Source: a virus. From it: a stretch of 64,000 nt of DNA. The notes beneath the pieces were generated by a model, which did no database searches, was not told the DNA's origin, and saw only the letters and a program-made list of their open reading frames with translations. Shown here one piece after another: positions 27,978 to 38,098 of this stretch. A program made the translations under genes and the position numbers. Location of the stretch: the IMG/VR virus record IMGVR_UViG_3300020213_000030, positions 4,530-68,529 of that record; one strand, given 5' to 3'. How positions within the stretch are numbered: the stretch's first letter is position 1; every line of letters starts with the position of its first letter.

Positions 27978-28292
27978 GTGATCACCAGCTCCAACCTACT
28001 GGAGGCGTTCCGCGGTAGGGACATCCAGATCGCCTTCACCTACACGCCTCCAAGCGGTGAATCCCGGGCCACGCTGACACTCACCGCGGCTCTGGAAGGT
28101 GATAACCTCGAAACTTCGGTTCCTGTCAGCACGCTGACTTTTAACACCTCGACCGGGGCGGTGCTCGCAACCTGGAGCGAGATAACCACATCCCCTCTGC
28201 TCAGTAAACGGACCTATGAGGCCCGGTTTACCCGTACCGACGCCGCTGGCAACTCCCGGGTGTTTTACATCCGACCTGTAAAGATGCGCTGA
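27978..28292 (+). CDS. Putative tail-associated beta-sandwich protein
   Basis: AGGA RBS + GTG; FRGRD start, beta-rich; coupled to the tail gene. Confidence 0.45.
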   Translation: MITSSNLLEAFRGRDIQIAFTYTPPSGESRATLTLTAALEGDNLETSVPVSTLTFNTSTGAVLATWSEITTSPLLSKRTYEARFTRTDAAGNSRVFYIRPVKMR

Positions 28293-30079
28293 TGGCTGTC
28301 GAAACGGTCATCGAGACCGTCATTACGGCTGAAATCGTCCTTGAAGCCGGCTCGGCGGAGACAGTCGTTGAACCAGTGGTTCAAGGCGAGATCACAGTCG
28401 AAGCCGGTGGTGACGAGACTGTTGTCGAGACTGTCACCCAGACCGAGCTCGTCACTCAAAATGTGACGGAGATGGTCATTGAGACCATCGCTCTGCCCGA
28501 ATTGATAACCGAGAACCTGGGTCCACCCGGGCTAACCGGCCCAGTTAGCGAGTTGACGCAACAGGTCATTGAGCGATTTGACCAGGTACAGGGCGTCTTG
28601 TTCGGCGGCCAGGGGGGTTCTCTGTCGGCGATCGTTGCCGCGATTGACACACGTCTCAAAAATCTCGCCGTGTCTCTCGCCGGCGATCAAACCGTGGGCC
28701 ACACCATCCGCACTGAATTGCGGGCAGATATTGAGACCAATCACGCGCTTTTCATCACACAGACCGACGTCTTCGTTACGGATCTGGAAGCCCTCTCGAC
28801 CACAACGACGCTGCATGCGGTAGAAATCGGTAACAACGCTGCCGCAATCATCCAAGAGGCTACCACCAGGGCCACTAGTGATACTGCCAGCGCGACCCTG
28901 ATCAGCGAAGTAGCCGTACAGGCCGGCGAGGCAACCGCGTCCGGCCTTTGGAAGCTCGAAGCCATTGCTGCCCCAATTGGCGTGACCGTGCGTCTGGCCG
29001 CACTCGCACGAGTGAACAACGCTGGTGTTTACGTCCAGTCTGGGCTCTTGATCGACATCATCCCGATCGGTGGAGGTCTGTACAAAAGCCGCATCGCAAT
29101 GCTGGCCGACCAGATCGTCCTCACCAACGGCACGGAAGTCAACATACCCTTCGTTTATGAAGGTGGTGTCCTTTATCTTGATACCGCGGTAATCCGCAAC
29201 CTCTCAGGCAACCAGATCCTGGCAGACACGATTGAAGCCAGGCATCTCTCCATCGGGTCGCGAATGATCTCACTCATAAGCATCGTGTTTGAGCACAATG
29301 ACCCGATCCTTAATCGAGTTAGTTGGACCGCCGGCAGCGTACGTTACACAAACGATGCCGGCGTAGTAACCGCCAGCACAATCACGGCGAGCGAGACCGC
29401 AACCTGGACAACCGGCGTTATATATATCTACTGGATCAAGGACGCCACTTCGTTTGGAAACACAACCGATGTCACGACGGCCTACGGCGAAGATCGTGTA
29501 GTAATCGCAACCTATGCTGGTAACCGTAACTTTATACTTAACTACGGCCGGACGATTATCGACGGATTTGGTATCAAGACCGGCACGGTCACCGCCGACA
29601 AGATTAACGTCGTAAATCTTGAAGCCATCAGTGCCACCCTAGGCAACGTGATTGTCACCGGCTCTCTAATAGTTGACGGCACGATCATCACCGGTAAGCT
29701 TGACGATAACGCAGTCTCGATCGTCGGCTTCTGGACTGGCAGCAACACAGCTGTGACAGGCGATCTCAGTTATACCGAAGTGGTCAGTGGAGCGATCACA
29801 ACCGACTCCGGAGATCTGCTGATCACCGTTGGTGGGACAATGTCCAAAGGTGGCGATTCTGTCACGTCAGTTTCTACTCGAATCAAAGTCGATGGCACCG
29901 TCATCGGCACTTACGTGACAAATGCGAGCCCACAGAATGGTAGCATGGCAGCGGCCCGAAGGGTGGCTGGAGGTACCGGGTCGCGCACCATCTCGGTTGA
30001 GGTTGGTAACTGTAATTCGACTGCCAATGTGCCAACTGCGACGAATGTGACCTTGCGCGTGGAGAATCTCAAGAAATGA
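28292..30079 (+). CDS. Tail fibre / host-specificity protein
   Basis: Coiled-coil region, SRIAMLADQ..IPFVYEGGVLYLDTAVI (resembles the lambda J / DUF1983 C-terminal region), GTVTADKI, LEAISATLG. Confidence 0.65.
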   Translation: MAVETVIETVITAEIVLEAGSAETVVEPVVQGEITVEAGGDETVVETVTQTELVTQNVTEMVIETIALPELITENLGPPGLTGPVSELTQQVIERFDQVQGVLFGGQGGSLSAIVAAIDTRLKNLAVSLAGDQTVGHTIRTELRADIETNHALFITQTDVFVTDLEALSTTTTLHAVEIGNNAAAIIQEATTRATSDTASATLISEVAVQAGEATASGLWKLEAIAAPIGVTVRLAALARVNNAGVYVQSGLLIDIIPIGGGLYKSRIAMLADQIVLTNGTEVNIPFVYEGGVLYLDTAVIRNLSGNQILADTIEARHLSIGSRMISLISIVFEHNDPILNRVSWTAGSVRYTNDAGVVTASTITASETATWTTGVIYIYWIKDATSFGNTTDVTTAYGEDRVVIATYAGNRNFILNYGRTIIDGFGIKTGTVTADKINVVNLEAISATLGNVIVTGSLIVDGTIITGKLDDNAVSIVGFWTGSNTAVTGDLSYTEVVSGAITTDSGDLLITVGGTMSKGGDSVTSVSTRIKVDGTVIGTYVTNASPQNGSMAAARRVAGGTGSRTISVEVGNCNSTANVPTATNVTLRVENLKK

Positions 30080-30507
30080 GTAACTCCTACTCTGTGTTCT
30101 TCACTCGTTATCGTGTCGCCGACGGACGGCCGATGGTACTCGGTCAAGTGTCTCGATCAGATCTCGACAAGCAGCCATTGCGCCCGGGTGAAGCGATCAT
30201 CATGGGATCATTTAAAGCCGAGGACTGGATCATCGTCGACGGTGTGCCAGTACCGCGTACCGAACCACTCAATTTTGTGACGGTCGCCCAGGTCAAGGAC
30301 GAGGCAAGCCGACGTATCCGCGAGATCATCCAGCCCTGGAAGATCGAGCGCGTAATGAGTGGGGGCAAGGCTATTTCCAATGAGGACAAGGCGGCGGCGC
30401 AAGCGATCCGCGATCGCTGCACCGTGCTCGAGGTGATGGCCCCAATCCCCACCGATTTTTGTAACGACAAATACTGGGTCAATTCCGACCCATTTCTCTC
30501 GTATTGA
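30076..30507 (+). CDS. Tail-fibre assembly/chaperone-like protein
   Basis: VKDEASRRI...PWK...AIRDRCTVLEVMAPIPTDFCNDKYW; sits between the fibre genes. Confidence 0.5.
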   Translation: MSNSYSVFFTRYRVADGRPMVLGQVSRSDLDKQPLRPGEAIIMGSFKAEDWIIVDGVPVPRTEPLNFVTVAQVKDEASRRIREIIQPWKIERVMSGGKAISNEDKAAAQAIRDRCTVLEVMAPIPTDFCNDKYWVNSDPFLSY

Positions 30508-30518
30508 TGTAGGTATAA

Positions 30519-33500
30519 ATGACAGTCACATTTTCTACCGGCACGGTTACCGCAACCAATGGCCTAAAGGCTATTACTTTTTCGAGTGCTTATGCAATCT
30601 CGATCAATATGAAGGCAGGCGACCTGATTAAGATCGGCGACGGCTCAATCAACGCACTCAATGCTCTGGATGGCGCACCTACTTATACCGGTGCTCAACT
30701 CGAAGTTGCCTTCGATGGGGTCACTGGTGTGGGCCTTGTCTATTATGTCATCCACCTGCCAGCGGGGTGGGCTGACGTCATCGAACTAAACGAACATCTT
30801 GTGGACACGATCCGGCTCCTCAACTACGCCGAGGTCACCCAAGCAAGCCTCGATGCGGCAGTTGCTACGCTAAATGATATGTTTGCTACCGCTGCGAACT
30901 CGGCAGGTGCCGCAGCTGCGTCTGCTACTGCTGCCGCCACCAGTGCAACAGCTTCTTCCAGCAGTGCCACTGCTGCAGCTGGATCTGCAACCACTGCGGG
31001 TACCCAAGCTACCAATGCCGCCACCAGTGCAACAGCGGCTGCAACCAGCGCCACTAACTCCGCCATCAGTGCCGATGCAGCCTCCGCCAGCGCTGGCACA
31101 GCCGCTGGTATTGTTCCCATTGTTGATGCCGACAGGGTTGCCGCCGAAGCTGCTAAAGTTGCTGCTCAAACGGCCGAAACCAATGCCCAAACTTCCGCCA
31201 CCAATGCCGCAACCAGCGCCACAGCGTCCAGCTCTTCAGCTAGCGCTTCTGCTACGAGTGCAACCGCATCGGCGGGAAGTGCTACCACAGCTTCGAATCA
31301 CTCTTCTACCGCCGCCACCCAGGCTACCGCGGCTGCCGCTAGTGCTACTACGGCGTCCAATGCTGCCGCTGCGATGATTGGAACCAGTACGTCATCAGTT
31401 GCGATCGACGTCGGTGTCAAAACCTTCACCACTCAGGCTGACAAGTCGTTCGCTGTTGGGCGTAAGGTGCTGATCACCTCGGATGCCAACCCGACGGTCA
31501 ACTTCATGACTGGAACGGTGACCAGCTACGCCACAACGACGCTGCAGGTGAGTGTTGAGGTTATCGGCGGTTCGGGCACGCTGGCCGACTGGACCATCGC
31601 CATCTCTGGTGCTCCTGGTTCAGCCGGCCCTGCCGTAATCATCGCCACCCTGGCTGAAGCACAGGCTGGCACTGAAAACACAAAGATGATGACGCCGTTA
31701 CGGGTGCGGGATCACCACACTGCGATGCTGGCAACCCTGGCCGAAGCGCAGGCAGGCGTTGAAAACACAAAGATGATGACGCCGCTGCGCGTTGCAGATG
31801 TTGTCGCAGGAGTAGTTGAGAGCATCTACCTGTCCACCGATGATTACCCCGAGGCGACCCTAGCGCGCACCGCATACGACCTTGGGAAGTACATCAGGGT
31901 CCGCGCTGGTGAGACCGTGTTCCTCCTCTGTGACCCCACTGGTGGGGATAATCTGGAGGCCATGGCCAACTGGGCGATGAACTGTGTCTGCAGCCCGACT
32001 GGAACCTTCTATGTTAGCCTCAAGGACGGCACCCACACAGTCTCCACGAGGTTGAAGCTCGACCGCCCCTATTGGGTCGATATTCGTGGCGAGACCACCT
32101 CGGTCATGAAGACCATCACCAGCATCTACTACTACGATGCGGTAGCCTGGGTTGCCACAGGGTACTGGTACAAGGGCGATCTCGTCACCCACACCGGCCT
32201 TCAGTACGAGTGTCTCTCGGACCACGATCCTACCGGTCTCTCGTTCAACTCGGCCTACATTCTGGGCCACTGGCGCATCGTCAAAGACTTGATGTACCGG
32301 TGCCGTATCTACGCTGATGCTCTACCAAGCAACCTCGCGGTTGGCCAGCCGGTAGGTATCCAAAACCCCGGTGGGGACAATGATGCTCAGGCCGCTGCTG
32401 GTGGCCAAATCATCACCAAGGTCCACGCCTCCTCGTCCCCCGCGTGGTTCGAGTTCCAGGTCATTTCCCCGAGGGGTAAACCCGTCAATCCAACCACGGT
32501 TGGCATCAACTCCAGCGATGATCAGTGGGACTGGAATACCCCCCCGAACAGGGTGCTGATCCCGTCAGCAATCCTGATTGCCCAAGACAGTGGTTGGGAC
32601 GGGGCTGCCGTCGAGGGTTTCATCAACGCCTACGAAGGAACCCACGTCAGCATCCGCAACATCGGTATCGCCTACTCCCCGGTGGCCACCAAGGCAGGTA
32701 GCCCCTGGGCCGCAAGCACTTCTTACAATGCTAATGCAGTGGTGGTCTCCGCCAACATGCAGTACCTGCGCACCAGCACTGGCACCAGTTTGTCCACCTT
32801 CGAACTCGACTACCTGGATGGCGAGTGGACCGAGATTGAGGACCCTCACGACATCATCATGGTCCACGGCAACGGGTCTCGTGTCTACCTCCAAGACTAC
32901 ATGGTGATAGCCGGGGCAGGGGACAAAGTCCTACGCAGCTACGGTAACGGTGAAATCATTGCCAACCGGTCGTGCATCGGTGGTGCCCATTGGGCTCGAG
33001 AAATCTACCAAAGCTCTGGCGGCGGTGGCACCATCCAGTTCATCCGTTGCTCCGTTGGTAACGCCCACACGTCTGGCCTCACCATTGGCGCAGGCGGCAC
33101 TGGCGTGTTCCAGCAGGGCGTCTTCTGCAACACCCCGTTGGCTATTCGCACCATCGGCGCTGGGTCCAGCTTCACCATCTACCCGGCTATCCTCTTCAAC
33201 CACACCACGGCCCTCTCGGCGGAGGGTGGGGACATCGCTACGGCCTCTACCAATCGGCTCCAGCGGAACACGCTTGGCATGAAGTGGTACGCAGAGCGCG
33301 TCATCTACGGAGACGTAACCTTCGGATTGGGAGACAAGGCCAACACCACCAACCACAACGCCCTGACCAACAACAGCCTCTACCTCGGAGGGGCGTGGCT
33401 CAAGGACCCCACGATTGGCATCACGGACCCTGACGCGGTCACGGCATCCACCTTCATGAAGACAGTCTTGGACGACACCGATGCGGTCTCCGCACGAACC

Positions 33501-34202
33501 ACGCTGGGCGCGTTTGCAGCCGCCGGTGGCACCATGACCGGCACCATCCAGGTTGGCGACAACTACTCGACCACTGGTCTGACCACCGGGATGCAGCTCG
33601 TCTCGCACCGCGAGTGGCGCGTGTCTGGCACCGTGACAAGCCAGTTGGTCTGGAACCGCTACTACAACCCCAACGGTCAAGTCGGGAGCGTCTCGTCCAC
33701 CACATCAACCACCGCCTATAGCACCTCATCGGATTATCGGTTGAAGTTCGACGTGACCCCTCTGGTCACCTTCGAAGTTACCGAGGAGATCTTCAATCTG
33801 CTCGGGCCGGCGTTGCTGCGCATGATGTTGCTCCGTCCAATCAGCCACAAGTGGCTCGCCGACTCCGAAGCTCCACTTACGCATGGCTTTATCGCTCACG
33901 AAGCGCAGGCGATCGTCCCGCAAGCGGTCGTCGGCGAAAAAGACGCGATGATGGCCGTCGGTACGGCTACCAGAACCGTTAAGTATAGTAACGAGATCGC
34001 CAAGGTAATGAAAAACATCCCTTTCGAGCAGGTGCCCCCGGGATGGAGCTGGACCCAGACCAGCGAGGTCATCGATCCGCAGGGCATCGACACCTCCAAG
34101 ATGACGGCCGACATCGTCGCCGCCATGCAGGAGCTCACCTTGATGGTGCTCGACCTCAAAGCCCAGGTCGCAGCCCAGCAGATCCGTATCACCGAACTTT
34201 AG
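30519..34202 (+). CDS. Large tail fibre/spike with Ala-Ser-Thr shaft, carbohydrate-binding-like motifs and a C-terminal intramolecular chaperone (peptidase S74)
   Basis: STGTVTATNG N-terminus, AST repeats, W.A..Y..GDLVTH...YEC motif, SSDYRLK...HGFIAHE...VPQAV...MQEL. Confidence 0.85.
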   Translation: MTVTFSTGTVTATNGLKAITFSSAYAISINMKAGDLIKIGDGSINALNALDGAPTYTGAQLEVAFDGVTGVGLVYYVIHLPAGWADVIELNEHLVDTIRLLNYAEVTQASLDAAVATLNDMFATAANSAGAAAASATAAATSATASSSSATAAAGSATTAGTQATNAATSATAAATSATNSAISADAASASAGTAAGIVPIVDADRVAAEAAKVAAQTAETNAQTSATNAATSATASSSSASASATSATASAGSATTASNHSSTAATQATAAAASATTASNAAAAMIGTSTSSVAIDVGVKTFTTQADKSFAVGRKVLITSDANPTVNFMTGTVTSYATTTLQVSVEVIGGSGTLADWTIAISGAPGSAGPAVIIATLAEAQAGTENTKMMTPLRVRDHHTAMLATLAEAQAGVENTKMMTPLRVADVVAGVVESIYLSTDDYPEATLARTAYDLGKYIRVRAGETVFLLCDPTGGDNLEAMANWAMNCVCSPTGTFYVSLKDGTHTVSTRLKLDRPYWVDIRGETTSVMKTITSIYYYDAVAWVATGYWYKGDLVTHTGLQYECLSDHDPTGLSFNSAYILGHWRIVKDLMYRCRIYADALPSNLAVGQPVGIQNPGGDNDAQAAAGGQIITKVHASSSPAWFEFQVISPRGKPVNPTTVGINSSDDQWDWNTPPNRVLIPSAILIAQDSGWDGAAVEGFINAYEGTHVSIRNIGIAYSPVATKAGSPWAASTSYNANAVVVSANMQYLRTSTGTSLSTFELDYLDGEWTEIEDPHDIIMVHGNGSRVYLQDYMVIAGAGDKVLRSYGNGEIIANRSCIGGAHWAREIYQSSGGGGTIQFIRCSVGNAHTSGLTIGAGGTGVFQQGVFCNTPLAIRTIGAGSSFTIYPAILFNHTTALSAEGGDIATASTNRLQRNTLGMKWYAERVIYGDVTFGLGDKANTTNHNALTNNSLYLGGAWLKDPTIGITDPDAVTASTFMKTVLDDTDAVSARTTLGAFAAAGGTMTGTIQVGDNYSTTGLTTGMQLVSHREWRVSGTVTSQLVWNRYYNPNGQVGSVSSTTSTTAYSTSSDYRLKFDVTPLVTFEVTEEIFNLLGPALLRMMLLRPISHKWLADSEAPLTHGFIAHEAQAIVPQAVVGEKDAMMAVGTATRTVKYSNEIAKVMKNIPFEQVPPGWSWTQTSEVIDPQGIDTSKMTADIVAAMQELTLMVLDLKAQVAAQQIRITEL
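31644..31793 (+). repeat. Two-copy in-frame repeat ATLAEAQAG(T/V)ENTKMMTPLRV, 87-nt period
   Basis: Visible in both DNA and protein. Confidence 0.85.
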
Positions 34203-34301
34203 ACGACGTGACTCTTCCCTGATTATCAAGAATATACTATGATGGAACCATTCCCCTGATTTACGGGGGATGGGTCCACTCTTTTCAGGAAAATAATAGC
34301 C

Positions 34302-34859
34302 ATGACCACCTATAATATCGGCTTAAATGCCACCCGCACCATCGCCTATGTCACTGTCGATCCCGAGCCCTTGCCGGGTGCAGCTACGATTGTCCTGACG
34401 GACATCGAGCACGATTCTGCGTCTGATCAGGTTCACGACTATGCAGGCAACCACGCCCTCGCTCATCACGTCCGTGACCTGCTCTACAAGCGTAAGGCTA
34501 CTGATGGTGCTAGCGGTGCGAGCTACCCAGATGGCATGTACGACTTGAGCAAGGTTTCGATTACCAAGTACGGCCAAATCTGGAATGCCATATCTCTCGT
34601 AGTGGGCGCTATCCCGGTGTTGGATGCCAGCGACGTCACCACACACACGCTGGTGCTTAGCTACCACTACCATAATACCAATCCGGCTGACGCTGTAGCA
34701 ACCAATTCGCACTTCACCTTTGTGAGCTCGGATCCAAACAAGGCAACAGTCAGCGCCGCCGGCCTCATCACCGCAGTCGCCGCGGGCACGACCAACATCA
34801 CCGTGACCCAGGCCAACTCTGGCCTATCACTCGTGATCCCGCTGACCATCGTCGCCTAA
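34302..34859 (+). CDS. Ig-like (Big_2) capsid decoration protein, N4 gp17-like
   Basis: FVSSDPNKATVSAAGLITAVAAGTTNITVT Big_2 motif. Confidence 0.75.
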   Translation: MTTYNIGLNATRTIAYVTVDPEPLPGAATIVLTDIEHDSASDQVHDYAGNHALAHHVRDLLYKRKATDGASGASYPDGMYDLSKVSITKYGQIWNAISLVVGAIPVLDASDVTTHTLVLSYHYHNTNPADAVATNSHFTFVSSDPNKATVSAAGLITAVAAGTTNITVTQANSGLSLVIPLTIVA

Positions 34860-34882
34860 GATCGGCGCCTATTGAATACTTG

Positions 34883-34918
34883 AGCCCCGCCCTCATCCGA
34901 GTGGCGGGGCTTCTTTTT
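34883..34918 (+). terminator. Intrinsic terminator
   Basis: AGCCCCGCC/GGCGGGGCT stem plus TCTTTTT. Confidence 0.7.
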
Positions 34919-35159
34919 CCCTCCCTCATTAATGAGATAATCCCCATGACAACCTTTTTACAGGTCCTAATCTTAGCTGTTCTCATAGGAGCCGCCGCTT
35001 TGATTCGTGCCATTGGGATTCAGAGATCTCTGCAGCGCTACCGAGAGCAAATGGTCATTCTGGAATTGCCACTCATAGACGACTTCGGAAACCCATATGA
35101 ACTCTAGACTCCTCAACGCGTTGTCCTAGTGACCAAGGTAACTTGGTTGGAGAAGCACC

Positions 35160-35432
35160 ATGCCACATAAAGACCCCCAACGCGTGGCGGACGTGGAGCA
35201 GGAAATCGAGAGTTTTTCCGAAGAAGCCGCACGGACTGAACTCGACCGCCTCTACAAGCTGCTATCGGCCGCCGACATCGCTTACCACCAGATGGATGCG
35301 CCGGAGATTACCGACGCCGAATACGATGCGATGAAGCGCCGCTACCTTGAGCTTGAGGGCGCGTTTCCCGAACTCAAGCGCGGCCTCGCCGACAAGGTTG
35401 GCGCTCCCGCCGCCGAACTCGTCGCCAGGTGA
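35160..35432 (+). CDS. Stand-alone NAD+-dependent DNA ligase subdomain Ia
   Basis: GGAG RBS; AYHQMDAPEITDAEYDAM...FPEL...KVGAP matches the LigA N-terminal Ia domain; no KxDG adenylation domain follows. Confidence 0.75.
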   Translation: MPHKDPQRVADVEQEIESFSEEAARTELDRLYKLLSAADIAYHQMDAPEITDAEYDAMKRRYLELEGAFPELKRGLADKVGAPAAELVAR

Positions 35433-35750
35433 GCGAAGCAAAGTGTCACGCCCAGGGAGATCCTTTTGATGATTCCGAACAAGACGATTTTGGCCGCCGC
35501 CACCGTCACCAATATGGAAGCTGCACTCGCTGTTCTCGGGCTCGAGCTGGTTATCCGTCCCATCGAGCAACCCACCAATTCAAACCAAGGACCACAAGGT
35601 CGAGCACCTCTACGTCCGTGATGGCGATCCAGAGATCGATGACTGTTACGTCGAAGAAGGCACCTACTTCTGGTGCGCCGCCACACATACCGGCGCCAAA
35701 GCCATCACCGCAGTGCGGTTTAACTAACCCCCAACCCGAAAGAACAACCC

Positions 35751-36809
35751 ATGAGCACCGGCCTCTCCGCCTATACCGTCACGCCGCGGCAGACCAAGAA
35801 ATTCATTATCCGCTGCATGACGGCCGGCCTAGTGCCGTTCGTCCAATCTTCTCCGGCCATGGGCAAGAGCGCTGTCGTTGCCCAGATCGCCAAAGAGTAT
35901 GGTCTCGAACTGATCGACCATCGTCTCTCGACGTCGGCACCGGAAGATCTCTCGGGCCTACCCCGGTTCGATGAGAAGGGCATGGCCACCTTCGCCCCCT
36001 TTGATACCTTCCCGACCGAGGACCGTCCTATCCCTCCCGGTAAGCAGGGTTGGCTGCTCTTCCTCGATGAGTTCAACTCGGCCTCCAAGATGGTCCAGGC
36101 TGCAGCTTACAAGCTCGTCCTGGACCGGATGACCGGCCTCAAGCGTTTGCACCCTAACGTGGTAATCGTTGCCGCCGGCAATCTGTCGACCGATCGGGCG
36201 ATCGTCAATCCGATCTCAACAGCCATGCAGAGCCGGCTGATCCATCTCACCATGGAGCTCAACTTCGACGAATTCATGGAGGATGTGGCTCTGCCACAGG
36301 CCTGGGATAGCCGCATCGTGGCGTTCCTCAACTACAAAAAGGCTATGCTGCATGACTTCCGGCCGGACCACAACGACAAGACTTTCTGCTCGCCCCGCAC
36401 CTGGGAGTTCATGAACAAGCTCATCAAGGGCCAGGAGATCTTCGAGATCGACGCCGCCCTCTATGCCGGTGTCATCACCTCCGGCGTGGCTGTGGATTTC
36501 ATCCAGTTCACCAAGGTCTACGAGAGTCTGCCGAAGCTCAAGGACATCATCGCGCATCCCGAGACCGCTGATTTACCGGAAGATCCCCCGACTCGCTGGG
36601 CGATTGTTACTCACATGATCGAGAACGTCGACGACGACAACTTCGATGAGATCTCTCGTTACCTGGGCCGGTTCACGGCCGAGTTTCGGGTACTCTTCTT
36701 CCGCGGGCTGATGATCCAGAAGCCGACGCTCAAGAAGCACCAGGCCTTCCGCAAGGCGATGGTCGAGCTTTCTCGCTACCTCCACGACGATCTGGCAGAG
36801 GCAACCTGA
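35751..36809 (+). CDS. MoxR-like AAA+ ATPase (N4 gp24-like)
   Basis: SSPAMGKS Walker A, LLFLDEFNS Walker B, AAGN, SPRTW. Confidence 0.85.
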   Translation: MSTGLSAYTVTPRQTKKFIIRCMTAGLVPFVQSSPAMGKSAVVAQIAKEYGLELIDHRLSTSAPEDLSGLPRFDEKGMATFAPFDTFPTEDRPIPPGKQGWLLFLDEFNSASKMVQAAAYKLVLDRMTGLKRLHPNVVIVAAGNLSTDRAIVNPISTAMQSRLIHLTMELNFDEFMEDVALPQAWDSRIVAFLNYKKAMLHDFRPDHNDKTFCSPRTWEFMNKLIKGQEIFEIDAALYAGVITSGVAVDFIQFTKVYESLPKLKDIIAHPETADLPEDPPTRWAIVTHMIENVDDDNFDEISRYLGRFTAEFRVLFFRGLMIQKPTLKKHQAFRKAMVELSRYLHDDLAEAT

Positions 36810-37993
36810 TGACTCCAACTGAAACAGCTAAGGCTTCCGTCCTCGATTACCGGATGCTTGATCGCGAGATGGACCGGACCAAAACCAAGGTGTTCCTGGG
36901 AAAGAGTGCTTCTTTCCTGGGTCCACTGATGTGCTCGATGAACTTCTCATGGACCGAGGACATCGAGACGGCTTGCACCAATGGGGTGACCCTCTGGTGG
37001 AACCCTAATTTCTTTCTGGCCATGGATCCAGCGGCCCGAGTGACCATCCTGCTTCATGAACTCTGGCACCCGGCCTTCCTTCACATAATTCGCCGCGGCG
37101 CTCGGGATCCAGAGATCTGGAACTACGCCGCCGACATCGTTATCAACAACATGCTCGACCACGAGGGGTATGATTTTGGCAGCTTCAAGCCCTGGATGAA
37201 CCATGCCTATGACGGCTGGACTACTGAAGACGTCTATGACGAGCTCGTGAAGCAGCACATCCAGCTGCCACCCTGGCTGATCAATCCGCTAACTGGCCAG
37301 GGAGATCCCACCGATCTCATCGAGCCGGACGATCCTAACGCCAAGAAGGCGATCGAACACACGATCCTAAATAACGTGGTGTCAGCCGTTCACTCCTCGA
37401 CGATCAGTGGTGGTGCCGGCAACATACCGGAGGAGATCAAGGTCACCCTGAAGAGCTTCCTATCCCCAAAACTTGCCTGGGAACAAATCCTGCAAAACTT
37501 CTTCAACGAGCTCTCGAACCAGGATTACAGCTGGGCCCGCCCGAATCGGCGCTACCAGGACATGTACCTGCCAGCCATGATGGACGACCATGAGAGTCTC
37601 GATCACATTATCTACTACCTCGATGTGTCGGGCTCGATCTCCGATGGAGACATCATCCGTTTCCACTCGGAGTTCAAATACGTCAAGGAGATCTTCCAGC
37701 TCGAGAAGATGACGATGGTTCAGTTCGATACCAAAATCCAAAAGGAAGAGGTCTTCCTTAAGGAGGATCCATTCGAAGAGACACACGTCATAGGTCGGGG
37801 AGGAACCTCCCTGACCTGCGTTCGAGACCACATCATCAAACACAATCCCACGGCAGTGGTGGTCTTTTCCGACCTCTGCTGTGCGGTGATGAAGCCACTT
37901 CCTCCAGGGCTGAACGTCCCGATCATCTGGATCGCGCTCAACAACCGCTCGGCCAAGGTGAACCAGGGGCAGCTTATCCACCTAAACGAGTAA
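36809..37993 (+). CDS. vWA-domain metallopeptidase-like protein (N4 gp25-like, DUF2201)
   Basis: TACTNG, LHELWH (HExxH), WNYAADIVIN, LDVSGSI, GRGGT, VFSD. Confidence 0.85.
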   Translation: MTPTETAKASVLDYRMLDREMDRTKTKVFLGKSASFLGPLMCSMNFSWTEDIETACTNGVTLWWNPNFFLAMDPAARVTILLHELWHPAFLHIIRRGARDPEIWNYAADIVINNMLDHEGYDFGSFKPWMNHAYDGWTTEDVYDELVKQHIQLPPWLINPLTGQGDPTDLIEPDDPNAKKAIEHTILNNVVSAVHSSTISGGAGNIPEEIKVTLKSFLSPKLAWEQILQNFFNELSNQDYSWARPNRRYQDMYLPAMMDDHESLDHIIYYLDVSGSISDGDIIRFHSEFKYVKEIFQLEKMTMVQFDTKIQKEEVFLKEDPFEETHVIGRGGTSLTCVRDHIIKHNPTAVVVFSDLCCAVMKPLPPGLNVPIIWIALNNRSAKVNQGQLIHLNE

Positions 37994-38098
37994 ACCCCAC
38001 ACGCCAGAGGGGGCCGAGCGAGGACTGGCAGGGGTCTCCAAAACCCCCAACCTCGCTCGGCAATTTTTCCCATGCACACGACGAAAGGATCAGCCCAC

